Source: Octopus vulgaris (Eukaryota). Taken from it: a stretch of DNA of 64,000 nucleotides. Under the pieces are notes generated by a model. That model had not been told where the DNA came from. It did not search any database and was given only the letters and a program-made list of their open reading frames with translations. The stretch covers positions 94,860,001 to 94,924,000 of the forward strand of contig OX597822.1 in the NCBI GenBank assembly GCA_951406725.2. The letters run 5' to 3'. The first letter of the stretch is position 1, and the number at the start of each line of letters is the position of its first letter. A program made the translations under genes and the position numbers. Shown here one piece after another: positions 1-13,147 of this stretch.

Positions 1-365
1 TCACCCCTTCCATTCTCATTCATATGTTGTGACAGCGAAAAACACAAGAATATTATTATTGCAAAACGATTATCTTTCTCGTATCACCTTCTCCTTCTTG
101 TGTGCATGTGCAGCATCTTTGGTTGCTATGGAAACAGAGCTTTTCGCCACGGTGATGTGTAAAATACTCACTTCTGATTGGCTAAACATTCAAATTTTGC
201 AAATCTTAAAGACTAATAACCTTTTAATCATGGAGTAATATGAAAAATGAATTTATTTTCATAATTAGTATACAAAACTTAATCCATATAGCAAATTTGA
301 AAACAATTGGAACAAAATTGTAAACAGTGACAAAAACCACAAAGAATATAGTAAAAAAAAATGTA

Positions 366-449
366 CGCCCACAGAGGGACTTGAACCCGCGACCCTCAGA
401 TCACTTAATGCTTAAAAGTCTGATGCTCTACCGACTGAGCTATGCGGGC
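366..449 (-). tRNA. tRNA-Lys(UUU) with 11-nt intron (intron family A, AGCATTAAGTG)
   Basis: Reverse complement reads GCCCGCATAGCTCAGTCGGTAGAGCATCAGACTTTTA-[intron]-ATCTGAGGGTCGCGGGTTCAAGTCCCTCTGTGGGCG. It folds to a cloverleaf with A and B boxes intact and has an oligo-T terminator a few nt downstream. Confidence 0.93.
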
Positions 450-581
450 GGACATAGTTATCTATCATCATATAGTTTATAAATCAAGTTTGATAACCTA
501 GTTTTATGTTGCGGTGTGAGAAAAATTGATTAAATTTTCTGTCGTAACTAGTCTTCATTTATAAATGTACATGTATGCGTG

Positions 582-624
<43 letters not shown>

Positions 625-656
625 ACGTGTACATACATACATATATCTATATATAT

Positions 657-885
657 ATTTCTTTACTACCCACAAGGGGCTAAACGTAGAGGTGACAAAC
701 AAGGAAAGACAAAGAGATTAAGTCGATTACATCGACCCAGTGCAAAACTGGTACTTTATTTATCGACCCCGAGAGGATGAGAGGCAAAGTCGACCTCGGC
801 GGAATTTGAACCCAGAACGTAACGACAGACGAAATACCGCTAAGCATTTCGCCCGGCGCGCTAACGTTTCTGCCAGCTCGCCGCC
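657..885 (-). mobile_element. tRNA-derived SINE (GGCGGCGAGCTGGCAGAA... family)
   Basis: Head has a B-box-like GTTCAAATTCC. Near-identical copies lie at 11846, 34580, 42073 and 42696. Confidence 0.8.
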
Positions 886-1214
886 TATATATCTATATAT
901 ATAAAGCTGAGAATGTGTGTGTGCGTCTGTCTGTATCAGTATGTGTGTATCACTAAAACTCGAGAATTACTAAACGGATTTCATTCAAATTTTACACATG
1001 CCTTACTTAGGGTCCATGCAGTGTCATGGGTCAAAAATTTTTTTTTACCTTTTTGCCTAATGCAAGCCCGGAGCAATCTTTTATTGTTTCCGTATTACGA
1101 GTCAAAAGTGAAACAATAACATCTCTATTAATACTTCCCCTAATATATGGTTTCAATTTCAATTAGTTTCATTATGTATCGATATATAGCTATTAGTTTC
1201 ATGCCTATTACTTT

Positions 1215-2401
1215 TAAAACGGGCACGTCGGGTCACCAGTAAAACGGGATCACATGTGGTCGTATCATATAGGAATTACAATCGCACGCGATCCCATTCT
1301 TAATGAGTTAGACAAACCATTTATACATGCAGCACAATAGAACATAAGGGATTGACAACAAGTCACTGTTTTTGGCAAGATAAGATTTTATTTACAATGA
1401 AGTTATAGTTGGAAGTGTATGGGAGCATGCAACACGTGTTTGTGTCTGTGTGTTAGTGTGTGACAGAACAATGAATGTGGTTGACATAGAAAAGTATCTG
1501 ATGGTGGAAGATAGCAGTCTTTGGTTGTTGAGCGTACATTGGCATAGTGGTTAAGGAACCATTGTATCATTTTGTTGTTTAGCGCTGTCTCTGAAGCTAG
1601 TTCTTACAAGAACTAAAGACAGGTAATTGATTTACTGTTTATGAGGTACACGAGGTGTAAGAGTTCAATATCAAGATGTTGTGTCTCGGAGCTGACATCT
1701 GTTGAATCGCTTGTTGCGTTTATCTTCCTGATATGAATTCCATTCAGATATATTCACTGTAGCCGTTTTCTCGTGGTGAGATTTTCACCTAACCGCTTGA
1801 GTTGAATCTGTGATTGTCTTGTGTACTATTTAAAACTTCGTAGCTAGGGACGATGTTTGCTTGGTTTTTGTTCCTCTGGATATAGATTCCTGCAACTGTT
1901 TTTCCGTGGTGTGGTTTTCACACAAACAGTATGAGTTGGTTTTGTAGTCATCTTATGTACGAGCTAAATCTTCGTAGGTAGCGACGGAGTTGGTGATGCC
2001 GTTATGTCTGGTTATATGGTCTCCGACCAAGACCTTAGAAGGTCTTAAGCCGACAGACGAACTCTGTGGTCAGAGACTTAGCTCTGAAAAGAACTAAAAG
2101 CCTAAGACGAATATTTGTCTGAAAAACCCTTGTCTTATAAGGTTTATATGGCTCCCAATGAACTTCAGAAATGGAAAGCTGTGATTGGCTGCTTGGAACT
2201 ATGGCGCGAAAATAAGCGGAGGCAAATCGCGTCACGTGATAACCAGCGGTGCGAAAGTAGTAGAGATCAACGTGTCAGCCAATCGAATTAGTGTTTACAA
2301 CAATGTTGAACTAGCCGAAGATGTTTGTAATCTCGACCGAGGTTATTCTTAATACTCTTCTCAAACAGTGAAGATAGCAATGAGAGAACGATATTGCTAC
2401 A
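1215..2401. mobile_element. Solo-LTR-like insertion with 4-bp TSD (CTTT)
   Basis: Absent from the paralogous empty sites (~21725, ~27755). Flanked by CTTT at 1211-1214 and 2402-2405. Right end ...GCTACA; left end degenerate. Confidence 0.65.
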
Positions 2402-2496
2402 CTTTCAATATGTATTTATGTATGTATGTATGTATGTATGTATGTATGTATGTATGTATGTATGTATGTATGTATGCATGTATGTGTGTGTGTGTG

Positions 2497-2530
<34 letters not shown>

Positions 2531-2533
<3 letters not shown>

Positions 2534-2767
2534 CCGCGTGTGTATCTTTGGCGATTTTTTTCCTCCCTGTTCCCTTCTTTGGATTTTTCCTTTTCCTCTT
2601 TTTCTGACGAAGAGCTCCGCTCGAAACGTTAAATACTCCTTCAGGAAAGGAAAGAAAGGAGGAGGATTCAATGTTTCGAGCGGAGCACTTCGTCAGAAAC
2701 ATAGGAAAAGGAAAAATCCAAAGAAGGGAAGACGGAGGAACAAAAATCGCCAAAGATACACACGCGG

Positions 2768-2768
<1 letters not shown>
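2531..2768. repeat. Inverted pair of Penelope-like terminal fragments, each with a minimal hammerhead-like motif, embedded in (TG)n/(CA)n
   Basis: CTGACGA-A-GAGCTCCGCTC-GAAACGTT at 2604-2630 (+) and a mirror copy at 2670-2696 (-). Confidence 0.65.
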
Positions 2769-2818
<50 letters not shown>

Positions 2819-2930
2819 TATATATATATATATATAGTTGGAATTTACAGAAAAACAAAAGACGAACACAGGTGTATAAACAACAAACAGGTGTATTAGT
2901 TTAATGCTCGGAGCTAGCGGTCAATCGGCG

Positions 2931-4200
2931 GATGGCTGGACAGAGGTAGTTAGACAGGAGAACCAGGAAGGAGGGGAGACAATAAAGTATTGGTGATCCT
3001 CAAACGAAGGTGCGCGTGCGTGTGTATGTGAGTGTGTGTGTGTGCGTCTGTAATGTGTGGGTGTGTGGATGATGGTGTTGGTGCTGGGAAGAGGTCAACG
3101 CTAGTATGTGCGGGGTGGTGTGATATGGTGTTGTGGTGTGTGGTGTGGGTGCTGAGAAGCGGTCAGTGCTAGTGTGTGCGGGGTGGTGTGATGTAGTGTG
3201 GTATGTGGTGTGGTGGTGTGTGGTGTGGTGTGGTAGTGTTGGGATGTGGGGATGCGAGGGTGGCGTGTGAGGATGTGAGGGTAGGGTGTAGGTTTGAAGT
3301 GAGGAAGAGGGGGTAGAGGTGTGTATGTGGGATGTGTGGGCGGGGTGGTGGGGCTGGGGTGTGTAGGGTTGAAGTGTGGATGAGGGGGGTAACGATGAAG
3401 GGAGAAGGTGGATAGGAGTGAAGAGAGGAAAGGAGGTGAGTCAGAAGAAGAGGGTTAGGAGAGTTGAGCCCATGTGCTGCACAGGAGCGAAGAGAGAATA
3501 TTAAAACCTTGCGATAATTGTTTCTGATTTAGATATAAGGCAAATAATTTTGATGAGAGTATTCCGGATGGCTGGACAGAGGTAGTTAGACAGGAGAACC
3601 AGTAAGAAGGGGAGATAATAAAGTATTGGTGATCCTCAAACGAAGGTGCGCGTGCGTGTGTATGTGAGTGTGTGTGTGTGTGCGTCTGTAATGTGTGGGT
3701 GTGTGGATGATAGTGTGGGTGCTGGGAAGAGGTCAACGCTAGTATGTGCGGGGTGGTGTGATATGGTGTTGTGGTGTGTGGTGTGGGTGCTGAGAAGCGG
3801 TCAGTGCTAGTGTGTGCGGGGTGGTGTGATGTAGTGTGGTATGTGGTGTGGTGGTGTGTGGTGTGGTGTGGTAGTGTTGGGATGTGGGGATGCGAGGGTG
3901 GCGTGTGAGGATGTGAGGGTAGGGTGTAGGTTTGAAGTGAGGATGCGGGGGGAGAGGTGTGTATGTGGGATGTGTGGGCGGGGTGGTGGGGCTGGGGAGT
4001 GTAGGGTTGAAGTGTGGATGAGGGGGTAACGATGAAGGGAGAAGGTGGATAGGAGTGAAGAGAGGAAAGGAGGTGAGTCAGAAGAAGAGGGGTGGAGAGT
4101 TGAGCCCATGTGCTGCACAGGAGCGAAGATAGAATATTAAAACCTTGCGATAATTGTTTCTGATTTAGATATAAGGAAAATAATTTTGACGAGAGGATTC
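2931..4200 (-). repeat. Tandem duplication of a ~635-bp GT-rich repeat unit
   Basis: GGATGGCTGGACAGAGGTAGTTAGACAGGAG starts at both 2931 and 3566. Single inverted copies lie at ~20533-21200 and ~26580-27220. Confidence 0.8.
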
Positions 4201-6928
4201 CCCCAGTTCTTCACTGGTACTTTGTTTTATTGAAGCTGGGGTAGTGAAAGACAAAGCTGACCACGACTGGATATGAAATCAGAACGTAAAGTGTTGTAAA
4301 TAGACATTTTAAATAATAAACACCATAAAAACCATTAATATAGGACAATAATTTAACATCCAATTCAAACAGAGAAAACATTGATACAATTCCTCTACAC
4401 TATGCAATGGGTAAAATCCTTTATAATATTTTTTTATTCACTCTCAGAGAAAATGTCGCTGCATCGGCATTGTTATTCGTTGTAGTCGAGGGTTACCAAT
4501 TGTAACGGTATGGTTAAGGTGGAATCAGTGGTCACCGTGTAACGGTTATTGTTGCTGTTGCAGATGTGCAAGATGGAAGAAGAACAGTGATCGAAGTTGT
4601 AAAGAAATATTTATTTACCGTTACTTAGTATTATTCTATGCCTCGACGGGCAGGCGTGATATATAAGTTAAAAATCGCATGCGAGTTTAAGGAAGTTAAT
4701 TTCGGCCTGTGTGTGTGTACACGTTCTAATTGTAGTAGTAAACCAGAGATAGTGATAGAATGATGTAAGACAAAAGAAATCGAGCTAGTGAAAGTCATGA
4801 AGTCGAGGGAAGTTGTCTCATAGTTGGTTGATTGTAACCTTCTTTCTCCCTCTGACCGTTTGTCTTTAGTGACTGCCTGGTTATGGCCATGATTCTAGTT
4901 GTCTCCGTTCACAAACTAATTTCTTTTATTACCAAAAAGGTCTAACAGAGGGGACAACATAAGGACAAAACAAAAACATTTAAGGACTGGGGTTCTACAA
5001 TGATTAAATCGGAATGAGAAATTGAACACAACGAAATAGAAAGAATTAAAATTGGTTAAAAATTAAAGATGATATAAAGTTTTTTCGGGTTTGTGTTCAA
5101 CCCGTCGTTCCTCTCCCCATTTTTCCTCTTTTTTTTTTACATAGCTTTTTTCTGCATAATTTTCGTTTTTTCCTCCTTTTCCGTTCTGACCGGCTACACT
5201 AGTGCGGCCCCATTCACTCTCAACTCCCTTACGACATTTGCCAATCTTTTCTCAAACGTTCCTTGGAGACAGGCATCTCTTCTCCAGACTTGTCTTTCTG
5301 GACAGGTGGTAGTTGAAGTAACAGACCAGCCGGTTCACTAACTAATTTTTTTTTTACCAATAAATGGCTTGCAGAAAGGGGACAGAACAAGGACAAAACA
5401 AAAAAGATTTAGGGGCTGGGGTTAGTTTGTCTAAATATTGGATATAATGAAATCGAAGGAATTTACACAGTACAAGAACTGATTTTGCCTTACCAAATTC
5501 TTGTATTTATAACTATGCGAAACCAGTCAGAAGGAGAGACATATCGTTGAGAACAATAGATTTCGTTGGGGGCCTGTTATCTCTATTGGTGAAATAGAAG
5601 AGGTTAGAAGAGTCAAGTGGCAAAGACATTATTCTGTTTAGCGAAGGCATCTGGTAAATGTAACTTCTGTCACTCACAGAAAGACTATTGTTTTACCGTG
5701 AGAAAAGTGCTGTTGAACTGTTAATTTGGCGATCAAGGATCGAATCCGCGCCATACCTGCATAAAGCCACTACATCACTCCCCCTTCACAGAGATTCCAG
5801 GAAAAGGAAACGAACGATCGAAGAAGAGAAAGAAATGCATGGCTGAGGAAAAATTTTGCATATCAGGAGAGAGTCCGAATAGCGGTGTCGTTTTGAGTGC
5901 CAAAACGTGCAGTTAGTGACTGAGCAGTATGGAAAATATGTTAGCGCGTGCGTGCGTGCGCATGAGGGCATATACACGAGTGCAGGTGCACGTATCAAAA
6001 TTCACTGTAAAATAAGCTCAGGTGAGCAAGTGAGCTCATTCTCAATCCAAGATATCGTAGATCTTGCTAAAGGATTGTAGTGTGTGAAATGCCGTGAAAG
6101 TTTTCAGAAGTGAAACGTGTCTGGTGTTGTTGTCATGGGTAATTGCTGAGGTTAGCAAGAACGACAGTGTAGCATGCTGGAGTGATGCGCGAGACAGGTA
6201 ATTTCCTCCATTCATTATGTGACCAAACGTGGGTCTAACAGAGGGAAATTATGCCTAAACATGAGCGCGAAGCATGTGAACATTCGACGATGATGAGAAT
6301 ATCTTTCGAGGTGCCTTGGCGAACCTCTTCTTTTTTTTTGTAGGGGGGGGGTAGGTCATGAAACTCTTCCTATGAGTCATTATCATCGTCCATCGTCATT
6401 ATCGTTGTCATCGTCATCGACATCGTTAACATCGTTTGCGGTGTTTCATGTTTGTGATTGAAATCATCAAAGTTCTTGAAATGAAGAATTTTTTAAGCAC
6501 AAACTCATGCTCGATGTCACCCGAGTAACTCCTTCGAAACTAGGCTACTGTTGTTGAAGTATTTATTGACTCCGAAAGGATAAAAGGCAAAGTCCATCTC
6601 GGCAGCATTCTATGTAAAGACGGACGAAATGTCGCTAAGCATTATGCTTGGCATGCTAACGATTTTGCCAGCTCACCGCGTTAGCAATATGAAATAATAT
6701 ATACATATTTCAAAATGTAGGTAAACATATATCAACGCAATTATAAAACTGTATCTATACTTAGAAATTCAGGTAACAGGTTTCATATGATAAGCGGGCA
6801 ATCCGTTCCAAAATTTATTTCTAAAATTTTGAATAAACAAATATATTTTTAAAAAGCAGGCACGCACAGTATAAATATCCAGATGAAACTCAACACGTAC
6901 ACCTGCTACTGAAAAGAAAAAAAAAGTG

Positions 6929-7019
6929 CGCCCGCAGAGGGACTTGAACCCGCGACCCTCAGATCACCTACAGAATTAGCTTTAAAAGTCTGATGCTCTA
7001 CCGACTGAGCTATGCGGGC
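6929..7019 (-). tRNA. tRNA-Lys(UUU) with 18-nt intron (family B, AAGCTAATTCTGTAGGTG)
   Basis: Intact exons, perfect acceptor stem GCCCGCA/TGCGGGC, long oligo-T terminator. Confidence 0.93.
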
Positions 7020-7545
7020 GGACAGCTTACAGATCTTATATTGTGTACATAAGCAATATTGATAATCGATTTGGTTGGCAACTAAATTCCCGCCGATTTT
7101 TTAACCACATTTTAATAAAACCACATTTTAATAAAAGAAACGTATTAAAATAGGAATTTTCAAAATATGTAGACTTTAATAACTGTTTTCTTTTAGAAAA
7201 AGGGATCTTTTTCTGTTTTTTGATTTTTTTTTCTCCAACCACATAAATTTTCAAAAAGTGTAGTTTTTGATGTAGTTTTATTTGCTGATAACGAAAGCCG
7301 CATTCATTTTTCGAAAAATTAACAAAGAAGTTAGACGCATTTAAAATTACATGTTTAAACCAATGAATTTTAGCCAGTGTTCTCACAACGCAAGTTGAAA
7401 CTGTTTGCTGTCATGCCAAATCCAGTGTATGGTTGTTTACTCATACTACTAGGTGAAACAAATGACAACTATTAGGCTTTGTACTGTATAGTATACCGCA
7501 GTAGACAATAGAAATTATTTATGGCAGATCTGCGGTGAAGAATTG

Positions 7546-7905
7546 GCATCTTTACCTTTTGACCGACAGATTTTTTGTAACTAAACACTTTCAAACTTCT
7601 GACACTGGTAGAATGTGTCATATAAAACATTTTTTACTCTTAGCATTTTTGAGAAAAACTTATATTTACTTAGTTATTTCCCGGTAAAGTTCTCGTATTT
7701 CGGAAATGTCAGCCAATCAATGACGTGTATTCAGCTGTATAAAATTACTGCCGTTGTTTGTCAAACAACTATCGGCGGTGTATTTTTCGTTTGTCACTGT
7801 TATTTATGACATTGTTCGTGCGTTTGTACTGGTTTTAAGGTTTTAGGGTTAGGGTTTTAGGGTTAGGGTTGGGGTTAGGGTCAAAAGGTCAAAAAGTAAA
7901 GATCT
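7546..7905. mobile_element. Diverged MITE related to the GGATCTTTTCGG family, with TTAGGG tract
   Basis: Internal ACTGGTAGAATGTG...AAAACAT...TTGAGAAAA matches the MITE at 36162. TTAGGG repeats at 7835-7880. Imperfect terminal inverted repeats. Confidence 0.5.
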
Positions 7906-7910
7906 AAGAT

Positions 7911-8335
7911 TTGCTCCTCAATCAATTAAAGTTTGGTAGTCCCGGCAGAATTTCTGAAATAGATGAAACTGTATTTTCGAGGAGAAAATACAACCGGGGT
8001 CGAATGCTAACCCTAAGCCAGACAGAGGGTTTTCGGCAGTATGTATCGCGAAACTCGAGAATATTTTGTTATCGCTGTGCCATCGCGAGATCATAACACA
8101 CTCGAAGATTGCATTCGACAATCAAATCTACCGGGAATAACTATTTACAGTGGCCTTAGATACCAGGGTACCAATTTCACAGCATAACGGTGAACCACAG
8201 CGTTAAGTCCGTAAATTAGCAAGATGACATTCACACTCAACAAATAGAAAGCACTTGAGCTGAAGTGAGGAAATAAACGGCGTTGTGACACTCATCCTTC
8301 TATAGATCTCTGTGAGTTTATGTGGAGCCGCAGGT
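7911..8335 (+). pseudogene. Decayed Merlin/IS1595 (ISXO2-like) transposase fragment
   Basis: GSPGRISEIDETVFSRRKYNRGR followed, across frameshifts, by TVNHS, HTQQIEST and LCEFMW, which are motifs of the DDE_Tnp_IS1595 family. Confidence 0.8.
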
Positions 8336-8386
8336 ACGGAAAATGGGTACTATTTACGAAGAGCGGTCCCGATGCTCCGACTAGTG

Positions 8387-8576
8387 TACTCGCGCATCCG
8401 CGCTAGCAAGTCATGACTAGTCGATCCTTACTTTGTGTTTTTGTGTTTTATTTACTTTGTTTAAAAAAATTATTTACTTTGTGTAAAAAAATTATTTATT
8501 TTGTGTTTTATTTACTTTGCTAGATAGTCGTTGTATGATTGACTAGTTACGAGTAACTAGCGCGGATGCGCGAGTA
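8387..8576. mobile_element. Small MITE-like element with perfect 20-bp TIRs
   Basis: TACTCGCGCATCCGCGCTAG ... CTAGCGCGGATGCGCGAGTA around an AT-rich interior. Confidence 0.55.
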
Positions 8577-8955
8577 TCCGGCTTTGCTCGGGTTTCTTTT
8601 GACCCTTTAGAATTGGAATTTTTGAAAAGTAAAAATTTTACATTATGTAGCTTGTTATTCTCTTTAAGTGAACATTTTTCTGGTTAAAATACACTGAAGA
8701 ATGGCGACACAGCAGTCAAAAAATCGTAAAAAATAGGGATTTTCATAGAAAAAAAGCATCTTTTTGATGTAAATAATTTTTGGTCTTAACATGGTCCGAT
8801 TTTAATATTATCTACTAAGGAATGAAGAGCAAGCCTTCTTCTATCATACTCTTAATTTTGGTCAACTTGCGCAGCAGGGTCTCGGAGAAGATAATGTTAG
8901 TTGAAGGCTACCAAACCTGCCACACACAGACAACTTCAGTTATATAGAGAGAGAT
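8577..8955 (-). mobile_element. Non-autonomous Helitron-like element (3' end disrupted)
   Basis: Inverted match to 25329-25660. 5' end TCTCTCTCTATATA. Confidence 0.55.
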
Positions 8956-9426
8956 TTCAAAAAAAAAAAAAAATTAGTACGATTTTCATCATCACCAGGT
9001 AAAACTGCATAAGTGTGAAACATCTGAAAATAATCCATTGTAATTTGAAAGATCTTCAATTGGTTGGAAGAAAACGAAAAAAAAAAAAAAAAATCCAGGA
9101 AGAAAAGTAGCTTTCTTCATTGTAGAATATAAGGATCTTTGTGGTTTTCATTCTCAATCCAAGATATCGTAGATCTTGCTAAAGGATTGTAGTGTGTGAA
9201 ATACCGTGAAAGTCTTCAGAAGTGAAACGTGTCTGGTGTTGTTGTCACGGGTAGTTGCTGAGGTTAGCAAGAACGACAGTGTAGCATGCTGGAGTGATGC
9301 GTGAGACAGGTAATTTCCTCCATTCATTATGTGACCAAACGGGGGTCTAACAGAGGGAAATTTATGCCTAAACATGAGCGCAGAGCATGTGGACATTCGA
9401 CGTGCATCGAGTCGCGTAAAGAGCTG

Positions 9427-9732
9427 AGCTGGCAAGCTGAGCATGCAAATATATGGGAAACTACCACCTGTGTCATCTCTTGTGAAAGGTAGGAGAGTCC
9501 AGTTTGCTGGACATTGTTGTAGAGCTGAAAATGAGGCAATTTCTACTCTTCTCCTCTGGAAGCCATCTACTCGCAATACCAGAGGGCGCACACTCTCCTA
9601 CCCTGATGTAATCTCCAGGGATATAGGCATCCAGCAACAGGACCTCCGTAATGCCATGATGGACCGTGAAGTCTGGCGTAGCATGGTAAATTCCATTGCC
9701 TCGACCACGGTCGAACAATGTCGATGATGATG
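9427..9732 (+). mobile_element. 5'-truncated RTE-like LINE 3' end
   Basis: ORF 9443-9727 reads ...RRVQFAGHCCR...LLLWKP...RGR...MMDREVWRSMV, the typical RTE-type ORF2 C-terminus, followed by a (GAT)n tail. Confidence 0.8.
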
Positions 9733-10221
9733 GCACGGACATGTTGAAAACCAAGGCTGTAGAGGCGTAACAGAGTTGCGTGTGCGTATGTGCAGAAGGG
9801 CTCATGGCCGAGGTAGTATGCCAGTGCATTGATTACAAATACAAAACAGCGATGAATTTGCCAGTGACTGAGGCAATGCTGGATATGTCAGCAGATGCAT
9901 GAGGTATTTAATGCCTTGAACGTGCAGGAGCAAAGTGTGGCATGCTGACGCGTTGTCAGAGACAAACAACTTTTTCTATGTATATGTGACTAACCTAGGG
10001 TCTTACAGGGGTGAGTTGTATCTACAAGGGTGCAGGGAGCACGAAAAATAAGCGAGAAAGGCATGGTGTGGTACATGAATGTGATAATGTCAGCATGCAG
10101 GTACATGTATGGACATTATGTGGTGCAGCAAAAGAAATGAACAGAATAAAAACGAGTAAACAAAAGTGATTAAACTTAGCTGAAAATAGTGTCCTTTGTT
10201 AAAAGTCTACTGTTGAAAGTG

Positions 10222-10605
10222 TGGAGGCGCAATGGCCCAGTGGTTAGGGCAGCGGACTCGCGGTCATAGGATCGCGGTTTCGATTCCCAGACCGGGCGTT
10301 GTAGGTGTTTATTGAGCGAAAACACCTAAAGCTCCACGACGCTCCGGCAGGGGATTGTGGGGATGATTGCTGTACTCTTTCACCACAACTTTCTCTCACT
10401 CTTACTTCCTGTTTCTGTTGTACCTGTATTTCAAAGGGCCGGCCTTGTCACTCTCTGTGTCACGCTGAATATCCCCGAGAACTACGTTAAGGGTACACGT
10501 GTCTGTGGAGTGCTCAACCACTTACACGTTAATTTCACGAGCAGGCTGTTCCGTTGATCGGGTCAACCGGAAACCTCATCGTCGTAACCGACGGAGTGCT
10601 TCTTC
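10222..10605 (+). mobile_element. tRNA-derived SINE (GGAGGCGCAATGGCCCAGTGG family) with 13-bp TSD
   Basis: A box TGGCCCAGTGG, B box GTTTCGATTCC. TSD ACTGTTGAAAGTG on both sides. Confidence 0.85.
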
Positions 10606-10808
10606 ACTGTTGAAAGTGAAAAGAAGATATGCATGCAGAGAAAAAGAGTTGTTGAGAGTCTATACGAGTGTCTTACATATGTGCAAAAGTTCGTAGACAA
10701 TGCAGGGTTCGTACGTCAGGATGAGACGAAAAGCGTGTGTATGTCGAAGAGGTTGCACGTCCACCCATGATGATTTTCCGCCTTCTTGGCCTTATTACTG
10801 ACGTTATA

Positions 10809-11320
10809 CCGTATATCCTCGAGTATAATACGCATTTTTCCCCCAAAATTTAAAGGTCAAAATCCCTAGCGCGAATTATACACGAGCTTGAAATTGAAGA
10901 TTATTTTCTAAGCAATGTCTGAGTCTCTATTTGCTGTCCGGCAATGTTTATTCAGACGCATTTTGTGATGTCGGGCGCGAAAATACCTTGAGCTAAGCCT
11001 GAAAGCAATGAAATCATAAAAGAATCATCCATAACTTGCAGTAAGCAATATTTATTAAACGTTATTAATGTTATTTCTTTATTTTCTGCAAACAAAATAC
11101 ACAAAAATGCTACACGTTTGCATTATGTTATATATATAATAATAATAAAGGACGTTACTGTATACATTTTTACAAACCAAGGACGTTATATAGTCCTCCT
11201 TGACTCAAGTTAGAGAAGGGGTGCGTATTATACACAAGGTTTAGGTTTTTCAGAGGTACAGCCCTCTAAAAATCCCCTGCGTATTATACTCAAGGGCGGA
11301 CTATACTCGAGGATTTACGG
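10809..11320. mobile_element. Tc1/mariner-superfamily (pogo/Tc2-like) MITE
   Basis: TIRs CCGTATATCCTCGAGTATA / TATACTCGAGGATTTACGG, with TA on the left flank. Inverted paralog at 30491-31002. Confidence 0.7.
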
Positions 11321-11324
11321 TTAT

Positions 11325-12250
11325 CGTAATGTTCTACACAAAATACTCGGTTTATCTTCTGATAGTACTGACTCGTCAATGAGAAGAGAGCCTATTTTGT
11401 CTTTAATAACAGTGACGATGAATTGCTTCCTTGTTCGTAGCATAGATAGCATCTGCTCTGTTATATACTTCTTCTTGGCTTCCTTTATTTTATTTCTGAT
11501 TCGCTTATTTACTGTGGGGTGTTGCTGAGTAGCTTCAAGATCTGTTACCTTGATCTATCTTTATGCCCCGTTTTGTAATACGCAAGACTAAGTGTGTCAT
11601 CGGTAATCTATAATTTGTTGTTTGTGTTTTTACTTCCTTCTGGTCAGAACTTCTAAAGCTGATTCATAAAGTGCTTCCTACAAGTTGTCAGTCACGAAGT
11701 TAATATATTCTTCTTCTTGCAAACTGGAGACCGCAAACCTGCCATCCACGTTTGGATCTTCCGACATTTCCACAATGAATATTATAGGCAGTATTCTTTT
11801 CATACAGATTTTTTTCCATCTTGAATTTGAGTTTTATCAATACCTATTTCTTTATTACCCACAAGGGACTAAACACAGAGACGATGAACAAGGACAGACA
11901 AATGGATTAAATCAATTATATCGACCCCAGGGCGTAACTGGTACTTATTTAATCGACCCTAAAAGGATGAAAGGCAAAGTTGACTTCGGCGGAATTTGAA
12001 CTCAGAACGTAGCGGCAGACGAAATACCGCTAAGCATTTCGCCCGGAGTGCTAACGTTTCCGCCAATTCGCCGCCTTATCAATATCATGTCGTTATCACT
12101 ACTGGCATTTGTATAGGGGAAAGACCAGCACCTGTTTTTTTTTCTTTCAAATGCTAGACTTGATGTTTTTTAAGTGCGAGAATGAAATCAGTCTAGTTAT
12201 GAACTTCGCCATTAGGTTGTTCTCTTGGAGTTTTTGTGTGCAATTGTGTT
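11325..12250 (-). pseudogene. Heavily decayed RTE-like LINE ORF2 fragment (interrupted by a SINE)
   Basis: Residual peptides NGEVHN*TDFIL and ITDDTLRLA resemble the RTE endonuclease end and linker. Many stops and frameshifts. Confidence 0.4.
11846..12075 (-). mobile_element. tRNA-derived SINE (GGCGGCGAGCTGG family)
   Basis: Matches 657-885. Absent from the inverted paralog at ~29950. Confidence 0.8.
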
Positions 12251-13005
12251 GATTAGGGTAAGCATGGAACTGTGTTGATTAGGGTAAGCATGGAGCTGCT
12301 GATAAAGTCTAAATGTCGCACTCCACAATCATATATTCATCTAAACCCCCAAAGCCCAGCTATCTATCTAGTTTGGTATTCCGGCTCCCCAAGATGATGA
12401 GAATATCTTTCGAGGTGCCTTGACAAACCTCTTTTTGGTGGGGAGGGGTCATAAAACTCTTCCTCTGCATCATTATCATCGTCATTATCGTTGTCATCGA
12501 CATCGTTAACATCGTTTGCGGTGTTTCATGTTTGTGATTGAAATCATCAAAGTTCTTGAAATGAAGAATTTTTTAGGCACAAATTCATGCTCGATGTCAC
12601 CCGAGTAACTCCTTCGAAACTAGGCTACTGTTGTTGAAGTATTTATTGACTCCGAAAGGATAAAAGGCAAAGTCCATCTCGGCAGCATTCTATGTAAAGA
12701 CGGACGAAATGTCGCTAAGCATTATGTTTGGCATGCTAACGATTTTGCCAGCTCACCGCGTTAGCAATATGAAATAATATATACATATTTCAAAATGTAG
12801 GTAAACATATATCAACGTAATTATAAAACTGTATCTATACTTAGACATTCAGGTAACAGGTTTCATATGATACGCGGGCAATCCAAAATTTATTTCTAAA
12901 ATTTTGAATAAACAAATATATTTTTAAAAAGCAGGCACGCACAGTATAAAATTCCAGAGGAAACTCAACACGTACACCTGCTACTGAAAAGAAAAAAAAG
13001 AAGTG

Positions 13006-13096
13006 CGCCCGCAGAGGGACTTGAACCCGCGACCCTCAGATCACCTACAGAATTAGCTTTAAAAGTCTGATGCTCTACCGACTGAGCTATGCGGGC
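13006..13096 (-). tRNA. tRNA-Lys(UUU) with 18-nt intron (family B)
   Basis: Identical to 6929-7019, with shared flanks and an oligo-T terminator. Confidence 0.93.
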
Positions 13097-13147
13097 GGAC
13101 AGCTTGCACATCTTATATTGTTTACATAAGCAATATTGATAATCGAT

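Noticed and set aside
4501-4913. Possible solo LTR (TGTAACGG...CCGTTCACA)
   Set aside because: No matching TSD and an uncertain left boundary, so it is not supported well enough to call.
7835-7880. TTAGGG repeats as a true telomere or fusion site
   Set aside because: Short, degenerate and internal to a MITE family.
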